Below, piece after piece: positions 41,420 to 59,600 of a stretch of DNA of 64,000 bases. The notes beneath the pieces are model-generated. The model was given only the letters and a program-made list of their open reading frames with translations. It made no database searches and was not told the origin of the DNA. Location of the stretch: positions 4,221,244 to 4,285,243 of the forward strand of contig CM082597.2 in the NCBI GenBank assembly GCA_040954595.2. Reading direction: 5' to 3'. Position numbers and translations under genes: made by a program. The DNA comes from Balanoglossus misakiensis. Its lineage: Eukaryota > Animalia > Hemichordata. Position 1 is the stretch's first letter. Every line of letters begins with the position of its first letter.

Positions 41420-42450
41420 TTTGTCGGTTGATAACCAGGAATTCTACCGAAATTCGAGGGAGACGCACGAACGTTGTGATAGCAATATGGCAGTTGTCAA
41501 TGAAGCAAACAACTGTGGGTTACGTTGCTAGGGACGTTTGGAAACTACACTGTAGGGTTTGTTAGGTTGGTGTAAATAGCCGTGTCGTTGGGAAAATCCT
41601 TCGTGTGACATAAAAATACAGATTAACGATAAAGAAACAATTTTTGAATACTTTTCATAATTTTCACCAAATTATAACTTGAAAAATATGTAAGCTAAAC
41701 TATTTTCAATATATTTTGATAAATACACACCCTCGTAAACGAATGGTTCAGTCCGGCTATTGTAATCTCGCCATTTCTCGCGGGTAGCGTGTGTTGGATT
41801 TTGCGTTTATCTTAGTCGTTCTGCATCTACAACGCATTATTTCCTGTAAAATTGAGATTCATTTTAAGTTTTGTAAGTTTCTAAGTGTACTCCCACTCAA
41901 GGAAGATAAATCGGAAAGAATATGTGGCGTGTAGAGCTATTTCATTGTGCTTCGTGACCCCGTGTGAACTCTGACCCATAATCGGTTGTGTAGATTTCAC
42001 GCGTCAGTGAGTGAAATGTACACGCGCGTTTTTTAAATAAAAGTTTTATGTGACATGAAGGATATCCGTTGTGTATTGGCAATTATTATGTTTGAAGACG
42101 CACGGTACGATGAAGCAGATTTGCCCGACAGTCAAATCTGTTCTCCCAAACAATCGAGAAAAGACAACAACTTGAACAAGACGCGATAGTGCAGTCATAG
42201 CAACGACGCGGCGTTCGTTTCATGGTTGTTCAAGTTCCTTGGCAACCGTGGAACGTAACTGAGATGCGATTTTGTTTCCACAAACACAACACATCGTCTT
42301 GCCAAGGTGTAGCACCGTACATTTGCACATCGCATTTTCCCCCCCACAAAATATTCACCAGTTGCTTCTCATTTTAATCATCATCTCCTCTATTTGAAGT
42401 CAGGAGGCAAATTGCATGATTTTCTTCCAGTTTTGCTTTCTGGCAATCGG
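41420..42450. promoter_or_regulatory. Putative bidirectional promoter between RSPH1 and TMEM145 with RFX X-box-like and forkhead motifs
   Basis: Divergent start codons are ~1.03 kb apart. GTTGCTAGGGAC at 41524, GTAAATA at 41572, CATAGCAAC at 42196 and GTTCCTTGGCAAC at 42234; locally richer in CpG than the introns. Confidence 0.6.
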
Positions 42451-46874
<4,424 letters not shown>

Positions 46875-47214
46875 GAAGCAGGAAGCTGCAAAGACTTCTG
46901 GGAAATCTACTAGTTGGGGTCATAGGTCAACATTTTTTCATGCACTTATCAAGAAATCAGTGAAACAAAATCAGAATAGCCAAATTAATATCAATGATAT
47001 GATTGGGATTAGCATGGACTTGATTTCTACATGTATATTATCAGTAAATTTTGGCTGGCTGTTCTAAGACTGATTGACATACCAACTAGTATTTTCAGTG
47101 ATATTTCTGTCACAAGCATTTTCAATAAATACAATAAAACCGTATAGTTCTGATGTCATGGTTGCATTATTCTTTTAAAAGGTGCAAACAAGTGAAAAGA
47201 GAGACTGCTCTAAC

Positions 47215-47545
47215 TTAGGATCGTGATAAAAATTTCATATGGTTGACGCAATTTCAAGATGGCCGACTTCTGCTGTGTTTAAGATATGGAAGATCATAAG
47301 CCAAAGTGATACTTGGCCATTCTGACACTTTTGGAACACAAAAAATAAAATGTGAAAAGAGTTTAATATGCTAACTACAAAGACCGAAATTTTTGATCAA
47401 AGGAAGTCATGAAATACAGTAAACATACCATTTCTTCAAGATCCTAGTGAGTTGCCGACCTTTTACCCAGAATGCAATTATTATAATGTGATTTGACCCC
47501 CTAGCACAAAGTGAAAACCTAATATGGCAGCCAGAATTCTGCACA
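47215..47545. repeat. ~330-bp interspersed repeat family C, copy 1 (between TMEM145 and CIC 3' ends)
   Basis: aaaatttcatatggttgac.caatttcaagatggccga...gtcatgaaatacagt...cccagaatgcaattattataatg..atttgaccccctagcacaaa...agccagaatt is shared with 53263-53597. Confidence 0.85.
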
Positions 47546-50500
47546 CACACACAAAAGACAGACACTCCTTGTTCCTAGTACACGGCAACAAAAACGTCCT
47601 TTATTTTGTTTTATTTTTGAAAAAATGAGCATGCACACGTTCATGTATACACAAATAACAATAAAACATCTTTTTTTAAAGTCAGTAAATAATCTCCAGC
47701 ACTTTGTATCGCTTCTCAATAAAATAATTCTCCTTCGCTGATACATTTCCAAACAAAGCTCCGCAACTACCCACGGGTTAAAAAATACCCAACATTTCAC
47801 ACAAAAAACTTTTACAACATTGCACAGTCAGTTTCTTTTCTTTAAAAATGTCTCTCAAGTCTCATTTGTCAGATGTTTTCTTTAACGTAAAACAAACCCA
47901 CTGTGCTGTAAGAAAAGCTCAACATAAAATATCTACACTCTTTTTCTTTCCATGAAGCAAGCAGCCAACTTTCTTCTAAGCTAGCCACGGATCAAAAATA
48001 TGTAACACCCAATATCATCTACAAAAAAGAGCAAATATTCGATACATTGTTTTCCAAACTCAAATGCTGTTGGCGATAGTCGTAAAACTGTGCTGAAATC
48101 ATTTCGAGTGAGTTTTACCTGATTATGTAAATATTCACCTCATAACTTGCACCTGATTTGTCAAAAGGAAACCATGTGACATGGTAGGGTCAAAGGTCAT
48201 AATTTGAATTATTGGGGATAGGCTTCCATTTGTAGACAGTTACTGTAACTGAATGACTTTGTAGTGAGGTGAAAATTGGAGAACTCAAACTAATAATAGG
48301 GTATTTGAAGATATCATGTGACTGGGACTTCTTGGCAAGAAGATATTAGAACATGAGTACTGATTGGGTGAAAAAGATCACATGACTTTAGCAGACTGCC
48401 AAGAAATGTTAGCGTGACAGATGATTGGCTGGAGAAGGTCACATGACTGCACAACCAGACAGCATTTGAGTTTTGATAACAAAATGGAAATGAGACAAAT
48501 TTCTTTTGTTGAGAGGAAAGAAAGTTTCACATAAGATAATTTCTGAAAATAATCTGCCCTAACATGGTATGTTTACATGAAAGTAAAAAAGATACTAAGA
48601 AATTTGTCTCATTTTTTTTCTCAAAATCAAGTTTCTGAAAAATATAGCATGTGCATACTACTATATGCATATAATAGTTTGATATTAATATCTATAGTAT
48701 CTAAAAGGACAAATCTAAAATATTTTTTCTGTATATTAGAATACTATTATACAAACTGCAAGATTATCTACAAGTGATCTCATTGATTGCTACATTCTCA
48801 GTGCGAGATTCAGTGAGATCACGGGTATTGCTAGCTGAATATTGCACTGCAAATTATCAAATAGTCTATTCTGTTGGTATCTTATACTCGTATCTGTATA
48901 CTTCAAAGTTTGCAATGCTTAAACCACTGTAATTATCGGGGAGATACCACTTCAGACAGGGGGGAGTGCACCACTAGAAAAATGAGGGGTGGTTAATAGA
49001 GAAATTGAAAATCGTATTGGTGTAATACTGGTATTATTGGTAGTGCTGTATTTTGTATGCGCACTGAAAGGTATTAGATTTCCCCCAATTTTTGTTAAAA
49101 GTCCAACTTTATCATTGAAATATGAAAACGTTTAACCATGGGACAGCAATCCCATACACCCTACAATGTTGGCATAACATTGTCCATTCTGTGAATACCA
49201 GAACAAAGCTGTGATGATTGTATTGTATTCAACCCGACAGAAGGTGGGATGGTTTTCTGCTTAAAAACACACACATGTGCGAGAATTTTGGTACATGTAC
49301 ATGATTGAAACACAGAGTGACCATGATTGAAAAGTCTCAATTTATCAAAGTCAAGGGCAAAAGATTTCCTATAAGAGCTGTGGCTATATCCTTCCATGAA
49401 AGTCTATAATTTACCCAGGAACCAGATTTTAGTTCAGAATGTGATTAGAATCATCTTCGAAGTAACATTCTGGGTTTCAATGATTAAGTTGGACCACATT
49501 TATGCCTAGGATTTCTGAATCTTATCACAACCAGTTTAATAGTAGAACGATCCTGATGATCAATTCTCTGCAAGAGACCACACTAAGTATTTTGTTTAGT
49601 AGGGGTGCTATGAATTGATTTAAATAAATCATAATTTGATTATTTCTACAACCTTCTTAATTAAACACAGCATATAATTCTCAATTTATAAACAATAAAA
49701 AACATATATCTCAGAATTTCAAATTATACCAGTATACAGAATAACACAAACAATTAAAATTCATTTTTTTTCTCTAACGATGTTATATAATTGACAAATA
49801 ACTTCTCGAAATCAAATATTCTCACATAATATTCATATAATGAGCTAAATGGGGGTGGGGGATTTCATTCACTGTAGAAAGCCTTGTATCAGCCAATTAG
49901 GTGTAATCTTAAAAGACTTGTCATGGAACTTTCTTATTACGCATTCTCATTGGTTAAAATCCAACGACATCACATGTACACCTGTTCATCAGCCATTAAG
50001 CTTTATTGAATTTGACTGGAAGGGGCCATTACCTGATATGTCCGTTTTTTTCGAACATGTGCAAGGTTTATAACTGACAAAATATCTTATTTAGTTACAC
50101 TTCCATATTATCTAAACCAATATCACACCCCTGGTCTGCTCTAGAAACCCCATACTGAATATGGTATCAATCATACCAAATAGGGGAAAAGTCATACCAA
50201 ATATGGTAATGACATCAGATTCTATGAAGTACACTGGCTTAATATAGCATGGTTTGAGTTTCACCTGACTGAATGTAAATATTTTTTTCTAGGATTACTT
50301 TTCTGATGAAAAGATGACAAAAACTGTAATTCTGTTATCTATCGACTGTAAAAAGACACGACGTTGCTGTTATAATTTAATCAACGCTTTTTCGATGTGT
50401 AGTTGTTGGTATAGTCCTGTCTTATTCCAGAAATTGGTTTACTTTGGAGTAAATGTGCAGACAAACCCCAAAATTGAAGTCGGAGGGACTTGCTCGTGTT

Positions 50501-50688
50501 TTATAACTCTGAGTCGCTTTACAAATGTATGTGGACACCCCTAAATTTATCAGTAAATGGACTAACCCAACAATCATGTACACAGTGACCGGACTGAACC
50601 AATACCTGTCACGGGAGGAGATGGATACAGAAGAAGAGCTTCAGAATGACTGGGAGATCGGTTCTCGGTCGATGAGAGGTCCACGCTC

Positions 50689-53600
50689 TTATTTCGAAGC
50701 TGAGGTAGTTATCGTCGTGATGGGTACGAACTGCGCCTGCTGCTGCTGCGATACGTGGGGCTGCAGCATCACTTGCGACTGCAGCGAGGATGGTGCTGTC
50801 GGCTGCGGAGCTGGCGCTACGACCAGCGTCTGCGACATGGAGGTCATCGCCACGGCCGTCGTCTGCATCTCCCGCTCCTCCTGTTGTTGTTGTTGCTGCT
50901 GCTGTTGCTGCATGATCTTCTGTCGCACCTCGCGGATCTTCAACTGCAGGCAAGTCTTGGTCGGGAATATTTCCTTGTATCTTGCTTGGAACGCGGCCGT
51001 CGCATGACCTGTCATTCACAGACAAAAGATGAACAATTTTTAGTGACGTAAAGAGGGAGCCCTTTCACCCCCAGTTCCCTCTTTAGAGGTCCAACCTTAC
51101 CATAGAAAACAATGGGTTGGGAGTGGACCATTATAGTGAAAGGGTTAATCCTAGGGACTGTGGGCATTCCTATAGAGGAAAACACTATAACTTTTGTCTA
51201 CAGAACAAACTTTTCATCAGAAACAAAAGATCGGGTTCACTGTGTACCTCTCCCCTTTAATGGTCACTGAGTGTTTGCTGGGTACAGTGGGCACTTGCAA
51301 GTTGGGAGTCTTGTTGTACATGCATCATGGGAATCAACACAAAGTTCTGTAACTTAGCAAAGGGCTTTACTACTGTGCTGTGTTTGAAGTCTACATTTCA
51401 CCTAACGTCTTTTACCTGTAGGAAAGTATCCATGGTCTTCAAACAGCTGCAACACGAGAGTTCTTCGCTGGTCCAGAGTTTTCCTCAGTGAAGAATACGG
51501 TGCTTTCTCTCCGTCAGGGTCGTTGGGGTCGCCTATTTCCTCGTCATCTTCCTTGCCTGTCAATAACACAATCATGTGACGCGATTTAGCCAATCAGGTG
51601 ACTTGTTAAAAACCATGTGAGACTATTTAGCCAATCAGGTGCAGTTATCAAAATCATGTGACACCATTTAGCCAATCAGGTGCAGTTGTTCAAAACCATG
51701 TGACACCATTTAGCCAATCAGGTGCAGTTATCAAAACCATGTGACACCATTTAGCCAATCAGGCGCAGTTGTTCAAAATCATGTGACACCATTCAGCCAA
51801 TCACATACCTGCAGCTCTCTGCATGGAGGCCACCTCAGCCAGAGCATCCAAGCTCGATCCACTGGCAGCAGCTACTGCAGCCGCCGCCTTCTCGGCCGGC
51901 CACTGGAAAATATTCTCCTCGCAGCGCAATCCCGGCGTTCCCGGCTCCGAACTGCTGGAATGACGTCTCTGCTTCAGTTTCATCGGAGACATCGGATCAG
52001 TGTCGGTACCGGAATCGTATTCTGATTTCCCTGTCGAAGAATAAAATATACAAATTAACTTTTTATGCTTAAAGGTATACAGTCACCTCCAATTTACATA
52101 TGCCCATATATGGCTGAAATGGAGTATTTGAGCGTTCTAAAGAACATATGACTGAAAATCTGTGATTGGCTAGATCTCAATTTGCCATGGTAACTATACC
52201 TAATTTTCCATAGGTTACTATATACCTTTAAGGCTGTGTGTGCATTGAATTTTAATTTTTTAAAGTTTGTAGTCAATGTTTTTTGACAAAGTAATAAATG
52301 TAATATCTATAAGAATGCCAGGATGTAAGGGTCACACAAAGGTCAAAAATTGACAACTGTTCTTACCTGAGGAGTTCTTCCTCTTTCTCCTGTAGCTTCC
52401 GACTAGCGCTCTCGGTGACTGCAACTTGGCAGCCTCTGCTTGATGTTCCTCTGGGTGATACTCGGGGAGTTCCGCGAATCTGGCCTCAAAGTTCACTTCC
52501 TCAAGGACCCTGTAAATACAGCAAAAACACTTGGTGGTTTATACACAGGGTTCTTCCCAGCTTGAGTGGTGGCTACTCATTAATATTCACACTCATTGAT
52601 ATTCATATTCATTAATATTCATACTCATTGATATTCATACTCATGAATATTCATGTAGTGCAAGTCATACCCATTCATCAATATATCAAAGTGAGATAAT
52701 AGACTAGATTCAGTATACAACAGCATTTGTTTGCTAGTTTTTTCACTTTAGTGCTCGTATAAAATAAGATGTGATGTCATTGAAGCACTTGACAATTTTA
52801 TTTTAATTTCAAGCTACTTTACATATTACAACATTTACTTCAAACTGGTTACTATAACTTGATTGGGAGGTAGTTGTTCTCTGAACAGGAAGTTGTCTGT
52901 TCAGCTGGACAGAATGCGTTTACACTGGAGGAAAGCAATAACCAACCTCTCCATCCCATCATCGATATTCCTCTTCAGTATGCCTTTTGTGTTTGGAGTG
53001 GTCGGCAGCTCGGTCTCCATGGAAACAGCGTCTGATTGGCTTGCTGCCAGGACCGTGGATGGCAACGGCGGTGGTCTATGTTGCCGGTGTTTGTCGGTCG
53101 CTGGTGGTGGTGGCGGTGGTGGTGGTAGTGATGGCTGTGGTGGTGTTGGTGGAGGTGGGGCTTCCTCGCCACTTTCTGTTCGGGCAACCTATAATGAAAC
53201 AAAAGAGTTTGAATTACCAGTTTCAGCACAGACCTGAACGCTACATTAAATAGGTTTATGCTACCTAGGTTAGTGATGAAAATTTCATATGGTTGACACA
53301 ATTTCAAGATGGCCGATTTTTGCCAAAAGTGATACTGGGTCTGGATTTTTGTAACAGGAAAAATAACAAAATGTGAAAAAAGTTGAACGAGTTAAATATG
53401 CCAACTACGATGACAGAAATTTTTGGATCAAAGGATTCAAAGGTAGTCATGAAATACAGTTAACATATCATTTCTTCCAGGTCTTACTACAGTGAGTTGT
53501 CGACCTTTTACCCTCGACCCAGAATGCAATTATTATAATGAAATTTGACCCCCTAGCACAAACTAAAGACGTAAGTAAGGTAGCCAGAATTAACACACAG

Positions 53601-56538
53601 AGATTGGAAAAGATTGCAAGTCCTCACCTTTTTCTCTCTCTTGACAGATTTAATCCCTGACTCGGCCACTATCTCCTTGTATCTCTTCCCCTTGCAGGCT
53701 CTTTGTGGTTTTCCGTCAGAATCGACTCCACCGGATGCAGGCGAGTTCCCGCCATTCCCAACCAGTGCCGGCATGACCGGAATGACGCTGGTAATTCCGG
53801 GCTGTACGGCGCCGGAAACACCCGGCCTTGTGATAGGTCCCGATATACTTGCCATTCCGGGAAAAGTGCCGGCCATTCCAGCCACATTTCCGGGAAGTGT
53901 TATTCCGGGCATAGTTCCCGACACGTTAACCGGTAGATTTCCTTGCACGCCACCCACACCCGGAGAGGGAATACCCGCAATGCTGGCAACAGTTCCGGTC
54001 TGAATATTCCTTGCTGTCATTGTAACAGGCATTCCGGGTCGCACGGCGATGCTCTCCGCCGGGAATGTCTGTATCTTCGGCTGGATGGGAGCCGAGGTTC
54101 TCTGGGCTTCCGGGGGATTCAGAATATTTGACATCACTTTCCGGGAGAGATCCGTTGTCAGCTGGTGGCCGGCGTCCGATCTCTCAACATGGCCGCCACC
54201 CTCCATCTGCCTCGCCATCTGCATCTGCATCTGCTGTTGTTGCCTGGCGACCAGCATCTCCGTGGTAACTGGCGCCATGGTGAGTGCTACAGGCAGTGGT
54301 GATCTTGCAGCCTGGATGGTCATTGATTGCATTGAGTTTGGGTTGGCTACCGGAATAGATGCCAGAGGCGCTTTTACCCGTTTTGCGCCAGAATGGATCC
54401 CTGCTTCCGGTTTATTATCCATTGTCATGGTAACAGTGTTGTTTGATGCCTGCTTGATACTTACAGTACCTGTAAACATAACACAAGATAAGTCTTTAAA
54501 GGAAAGTTAAAACAATTTAAGAAGATGGTGAACTTCTATTTTGACTACATATATGGCTGTGCCACATGGGGCAGGATTAGCTTACTATTTTCGAAACACT
54601 CACATCCCTTTTTCAATATACATGTATCTATCCTTTTTTTACTTGACTTTGTTCTTTGTGCCTTGTTGATTGCCTGTGTACATACTGTGAACTTTATGGC
54701 TCAATTTAAAAATTTTATTTCATAAGCTAGCACAATGACTTTGGGACCACTGCAATTAAAAGAAATAATATTCACATCCTTAAATCTGGTATCCTAACTA
54801 ATTTCACCAGCAAAACTTGCTTCCATAAACTCCAGACGACCTCTCACCTTTGTGATGGGTCATCTGGCCCTGTGGTGCGACTCCAGCCTTCATATTCGGC
54901 AGCGGTGTGGACACTGCAGAGGTCATCACTTGAGCGCTCTGTGGCATCAGCGCCTTGGCGACCGTGGACAGCACGGAGGGATGGGTCTGGACCGCTTGGG
55001 TGGCTGCCGCGGCGACCGTCGTGAAGGTGACCGGTTTGGCCGTCGTCTGGGGCGTGGTCGCTGGCAGCAGGTTGGGCTGTGATCTGGGCTGGGGGACGGG
55101 CATCATCTGGGCCGCACTGACAGCTGTAGTGTGGGTGAATTCAACAAAGGTGCCATTATTGCATGGGTGGGCATTAGTCAAACCTGTGTTAGTGACCACC
55201 TCTATATAGTGGCCACTTTGTTTCAGTCTCTGAGCAATTTACATGTACATTAATTCACCTGTCTATAAAATATGCCATCTGTCTATAAAGACCAGTTTCA
55301 GAAAGTTTCTTGACTGGCCACTACATAAATAGCTGGCTATATTCAGTGCAATAATGTGCTCTAACAGAGAGGTAACACAATAAACAGCAGCCGCTGATGA
55401 ACAAAAAATTATGGCCAAAACCAACACACTGTGCAAGCAAATAGCAGAGCACCTCCCATTGTGTCCAACCATTGTTATTCAAATGAACCAACCTGTTCTG
55501 TCCAATCATGCAACACTACATCTACAGCTAACCTATTGTTATGTAAATTGACAGTAAAAAATACCTTGAAGGCTAGGGTGTGTCAGGGCTGCATGGCTCA
55601 TGTAAGCGTTTGCAGGCAGAAAGGCGGTTTGCACTTTTTGAGCGTCACTCTTAGGAATATTACCTGCGGCAGGCTCAGTTGTCATGACAACACTGGCAGG
55701 TGACCCTGGAGGTCCTGGATGTTGGATGTACGTAAATCTGTAACGATGGAAGGCGAGAAAACAGTTGTTAAAATTCGAACTCAAATTTGCAACAACAAAA
55801 AATCACATTTTTATTAAAGCCTATAGAGCTGCCACAGATCTTTGGATATTTTAGCATTCAGTACATGGCAGAAATATGCTCATTTTACTCCTCAACTTAC
55901 ATCAACGTCTAGACAATTAAATTAATTTCAGGAAATGTAACCAGATTCACTTCACCTTCTACATTAATAATCGTTATTATTATAAACTTTTTTTTAGACT
56001 TAAACGTCCATATAAGTGTTACAAAAGACTATTATTAAACTCACCAATTTCTATTTTTACACCCCAATCAATCAGAAATCCATGACATAACAATTAATTT
56101 TATACTTTTTGAGACTGCTCTTGGCTATTCATTTCAATTTCCTTCAGTGTGGCTCTTACTCATGTTGGTCAAATTAATTTTCAACAATGAAACTCATCAC
56201 TAAGCAATTGGATTCAAATGTCAAGAAACGATTATACAATCGATATGGCTCTTCTAGTACTTATTGGAAATGGAATAAACATGTCATCATAAAGGTTAGG
56301 AATACAACAAAATGCGAAATGGTGGGAGATGAAACTGTAGGTTCTAATTATGACCTTTTCCGATTAAAATTAAATCTACGACAAGTGTGTCAGATTGCCA
56401 TGTCTTATGCTGTAAAGACCTTTCTTATGTTATGCAACTAATGAACTATTCCAGAAAAGGTCAGATGAGAAAGATGGGATTCATGTGAATGAGAAAAGAC
56501 ACCAAGTACAGACAGACAGGCATACATATACATACATA

Positions 56539-56569
<31 letters not shown>

Positions 56570-56571
56570 CA

Positions 56572-56605
<34 letters not shown>

Positions 56606-59600
56606 CATACACACCCACACAAAGATAGACAGACTTCTTACCTTGGTGTAGATGGCAGAAGCAGTCTTTGTTGATTAGCTGCTATTGTTGCCATGGTGAC
56701 GTGAGAACTGGGCGCCTGGGAAACCATCATGCCCGTTGTTGCCAGGTTGATTGGCTGCGAGACGACCGACGTGATTGGTTGGTTGACGACGGCTGCCAGG
56801 GACACCGGTTGGCTGACGACGGTTGCCACGGGTTGATTGACAGTGAGGACTTGGGAGGGTATAGTCACGGGGGATGGCATGACGGGGACCAGGGACTGGA
56901 CTTTGTTGCCGGCTAGGACGGGCAGCTGCGGGGTGAAGAGGTTTCCGGCCAGTGGTACTTGGTTGCCGTGTATGTGTGGGGGCCCGGCTTGGGTGACTTG
57001 GTTGCTGGGTGTGGTCACCACGTTGCCTTGGCCGCCCTGAGTGGCCAGCGCCATTGGTTTTCCCTGCATGGCCTTGATGGCGATGTTGTTTCCCGTGACC
57101 TGCAGGTTGGCGGTCTGGTTGCCGGGCGTCGCCGCGATCTGCAGTTTCGTCCCCGGGGCCACCTGCGCCGGGATGGACGGCAGGATGTAGTGCAGCTGGG
57201 TGATGTTGCTCCGGGCGACCGGTTGCCCCGGCGACAGGCTCACGCTTACCGGCGTCGGCTGCTGCTGGCTGTTGATGGTCGACTGCACCGGGGCAGTGGC
57301 CAGCATCGTCCCGCTGGTTGTCGCGTTCCCTTTGAGGAACAAGTTTTGCAAGAGAGCCGGCGGGATGGTGGTTGTCTGCTGCCCGGCGATCTGCGTCTGC
57401 AGCGTCTTCGGCGGATGCTGTCCGAGCGTCTTGATGAAGGACATTGGAAACTGGCTGATTGTTGTGTTCGCTTGTTGTGCGACCGTCATGGCTGCCTGCT
57501 GCGCCCCGGCGGTCGTCAGAGTCGGTAAAAGTTTCGTCGCGCTGATAGTACACCCGACTGGGACGCCTGGCTTGTAAGCTTGCCCCGGCATTATGATGGT
57601 GCCAGTTGGTTTTTGCGTGTTTCCGATATTCACGATGGCCTGCTGTGTGGGTAAGCTGACGGCCGTCTTGGCCATCTGGGAAATTGTCTGCGTGGCTTGC
57701 ATGGTGCTCAGCATGGACGAGGTCCCCATGCTGCCGGGTTGCACTGTGGGCACGCTCCCGGTTACGCTTTTCGTCTGTACGGCCGGTTTCGACGCGATGA
57801 GGATCGGCGGCATGAGGGATTTGGTCGCCGGCATGGTGGTCATCATGCTCTTGCCGTTCGAGAACGTCGTGACGGTCATCGGGGTTGTGACGCTGGCCAG
57901 CTGCACTTTCCCGACTAGGGGCATCCCGTGAGCTTGCTGCGGCTGGGTCTGCGTCAGTGATATGGGCAACAGAGTCTGCTTCAGTCCCGGCGAGAAGACG
58001 GCGGGTGGTGGTGGTGCGACGGCCTTCTCGGCGAAGACCTTCGGGTGTACGCTCGCGGTTGGTGTCAGGGGCATCGGGGGGAGCCCCGAAACCTGAATCA
58101 TCGTGCCGACAGCCGTGGTGGAGATCGACGTCAGCGCCGGCATCTGGAGCGTTTTCTGCGACCCCCCGACCTGCCTGCCGCCCGTGTCCCTCAGATGCTG
58201 CGCTTGCACCAGACCCAGTTCCTGAGATTTGAAGTGTCCCTGTCGCTTGTCCGCCGAGTGGCTGTCGTGCTTGGCCTGGTGGGTCTTGGGCACGTACTCC
58301 TTGAAGGACCGCGCGGCCGACGCCTGCTTGAACTGCTCCAGAACCCGTCCCTTCGGCGAGTGAACCTTGAAGACGGCGCCCGTCGGTTGAAAAGCCGTCC
58401 CGCTCTGCGTCGGTCGCGTGATTGGCCCGCTCTCTGACAGCTGACCAATCGCGCTGCCCGTTACAGCGGCACTCATCCCTCCGGACGAATCCGGGTGCTC
58501 CATTCCAGAGAACTGCCGCCTGATTGGCGAGGTGGACCCCGGCTTGAGGGGCTTGGGGCGGTACGTGATGTCCGCCGAGGAGATGGGCTTCATCACCGGG
58601 GAAAACCGTTGCTGGGGAAACACTTTGTTCTCGATCATCCCCTCCTCCTCGGACTGGCTGTCTGTGTCGCTGTCAGACACGTGTTCTTGACATTTCAAGT
58701 CGATTGTTCCCACTGGCTGCACACTGCTCACTTCATCATCAGCTGCAAAATAGCAAAAGCAAACACAAAAATTCAGTGTGAAAACAATATCAAGGCAAAT
58801 TCTAAAAGCAAATAAAAATTCCCAACAATAATAAATGCTAGAAAATATAAATAATTTGAAAACAATGATTTGCATAATGATGACACTATCTGAAAAGCAG
58901 ATATAACAATAGCACACCCAAAGAATCATTACAGATTTAAAGGCACACACTTTCTGATGACATCATCTTCCTGACTTAAGATTAACAATTTCTGATGACA
59001 TCATCATCTGGATGATTCTAAGGTACACTCTTTCTGTTGATACCATTATCTTGCTGATTTAAATGTACACACTTTCTGATGACATCACCACCTTGCTGAT
59101 TTCAAGGTACACACTTTCTGATGACACACATTTAAAGGTACACACTTACCGATGACATCATCATCCCCTTCTTCACAAATGACCATTCTCTCCTCGTCAT
59201 CGCTGGTCAAGTCCTCGGACTCGATCCGTTCTTTCCGTTGCAGCCGATTCCGGACAGGTGGTGGCGGATGATGAGAGGTTCCTTCAATTCCCTGTTTCAT
59301 GGAAACCCTCTTGTCACTCTCCCGAAGTTTACTTGAACACATCTGTAAAACAATTCAGCATGGCATGGCATTAATTAACCCGCACACCCCTAGTTCCTTC
59401 TTTAGAGGTCCAACCTTACCATAGAAAACAATGAGTCTGGACTGAACCATGGTGGTGAAAGGGTTAAAGGGATAAAATCACCTCTCGAATTTAAATATGT
59501 TCAAATATTGTTAAAATGGTCTCAAACTTCTTATGACCATGCCATTGAGCTTTTTTTTTAGGCGGTCACCCAATATAAATTCTGTGATTAACTAGATTTA

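Noticed and set aside
52576-52654. 16-bp repeat as an array of CIC autoregulatory sites
   Set aside because: Units give TCAATGAG/TTAATGAA, which are not exact matches to the CIC octamer T(G/C)AATG(A/G)A.
56638-58950. 770-aa ORF and overlapping antisense/alternate-frame ORFs as separate genes
   Set aside because: This is one large low-complexity internal CIC exon (~58742-56642) extended into intron sequence. The overlapping ORFs reflect high GC content.
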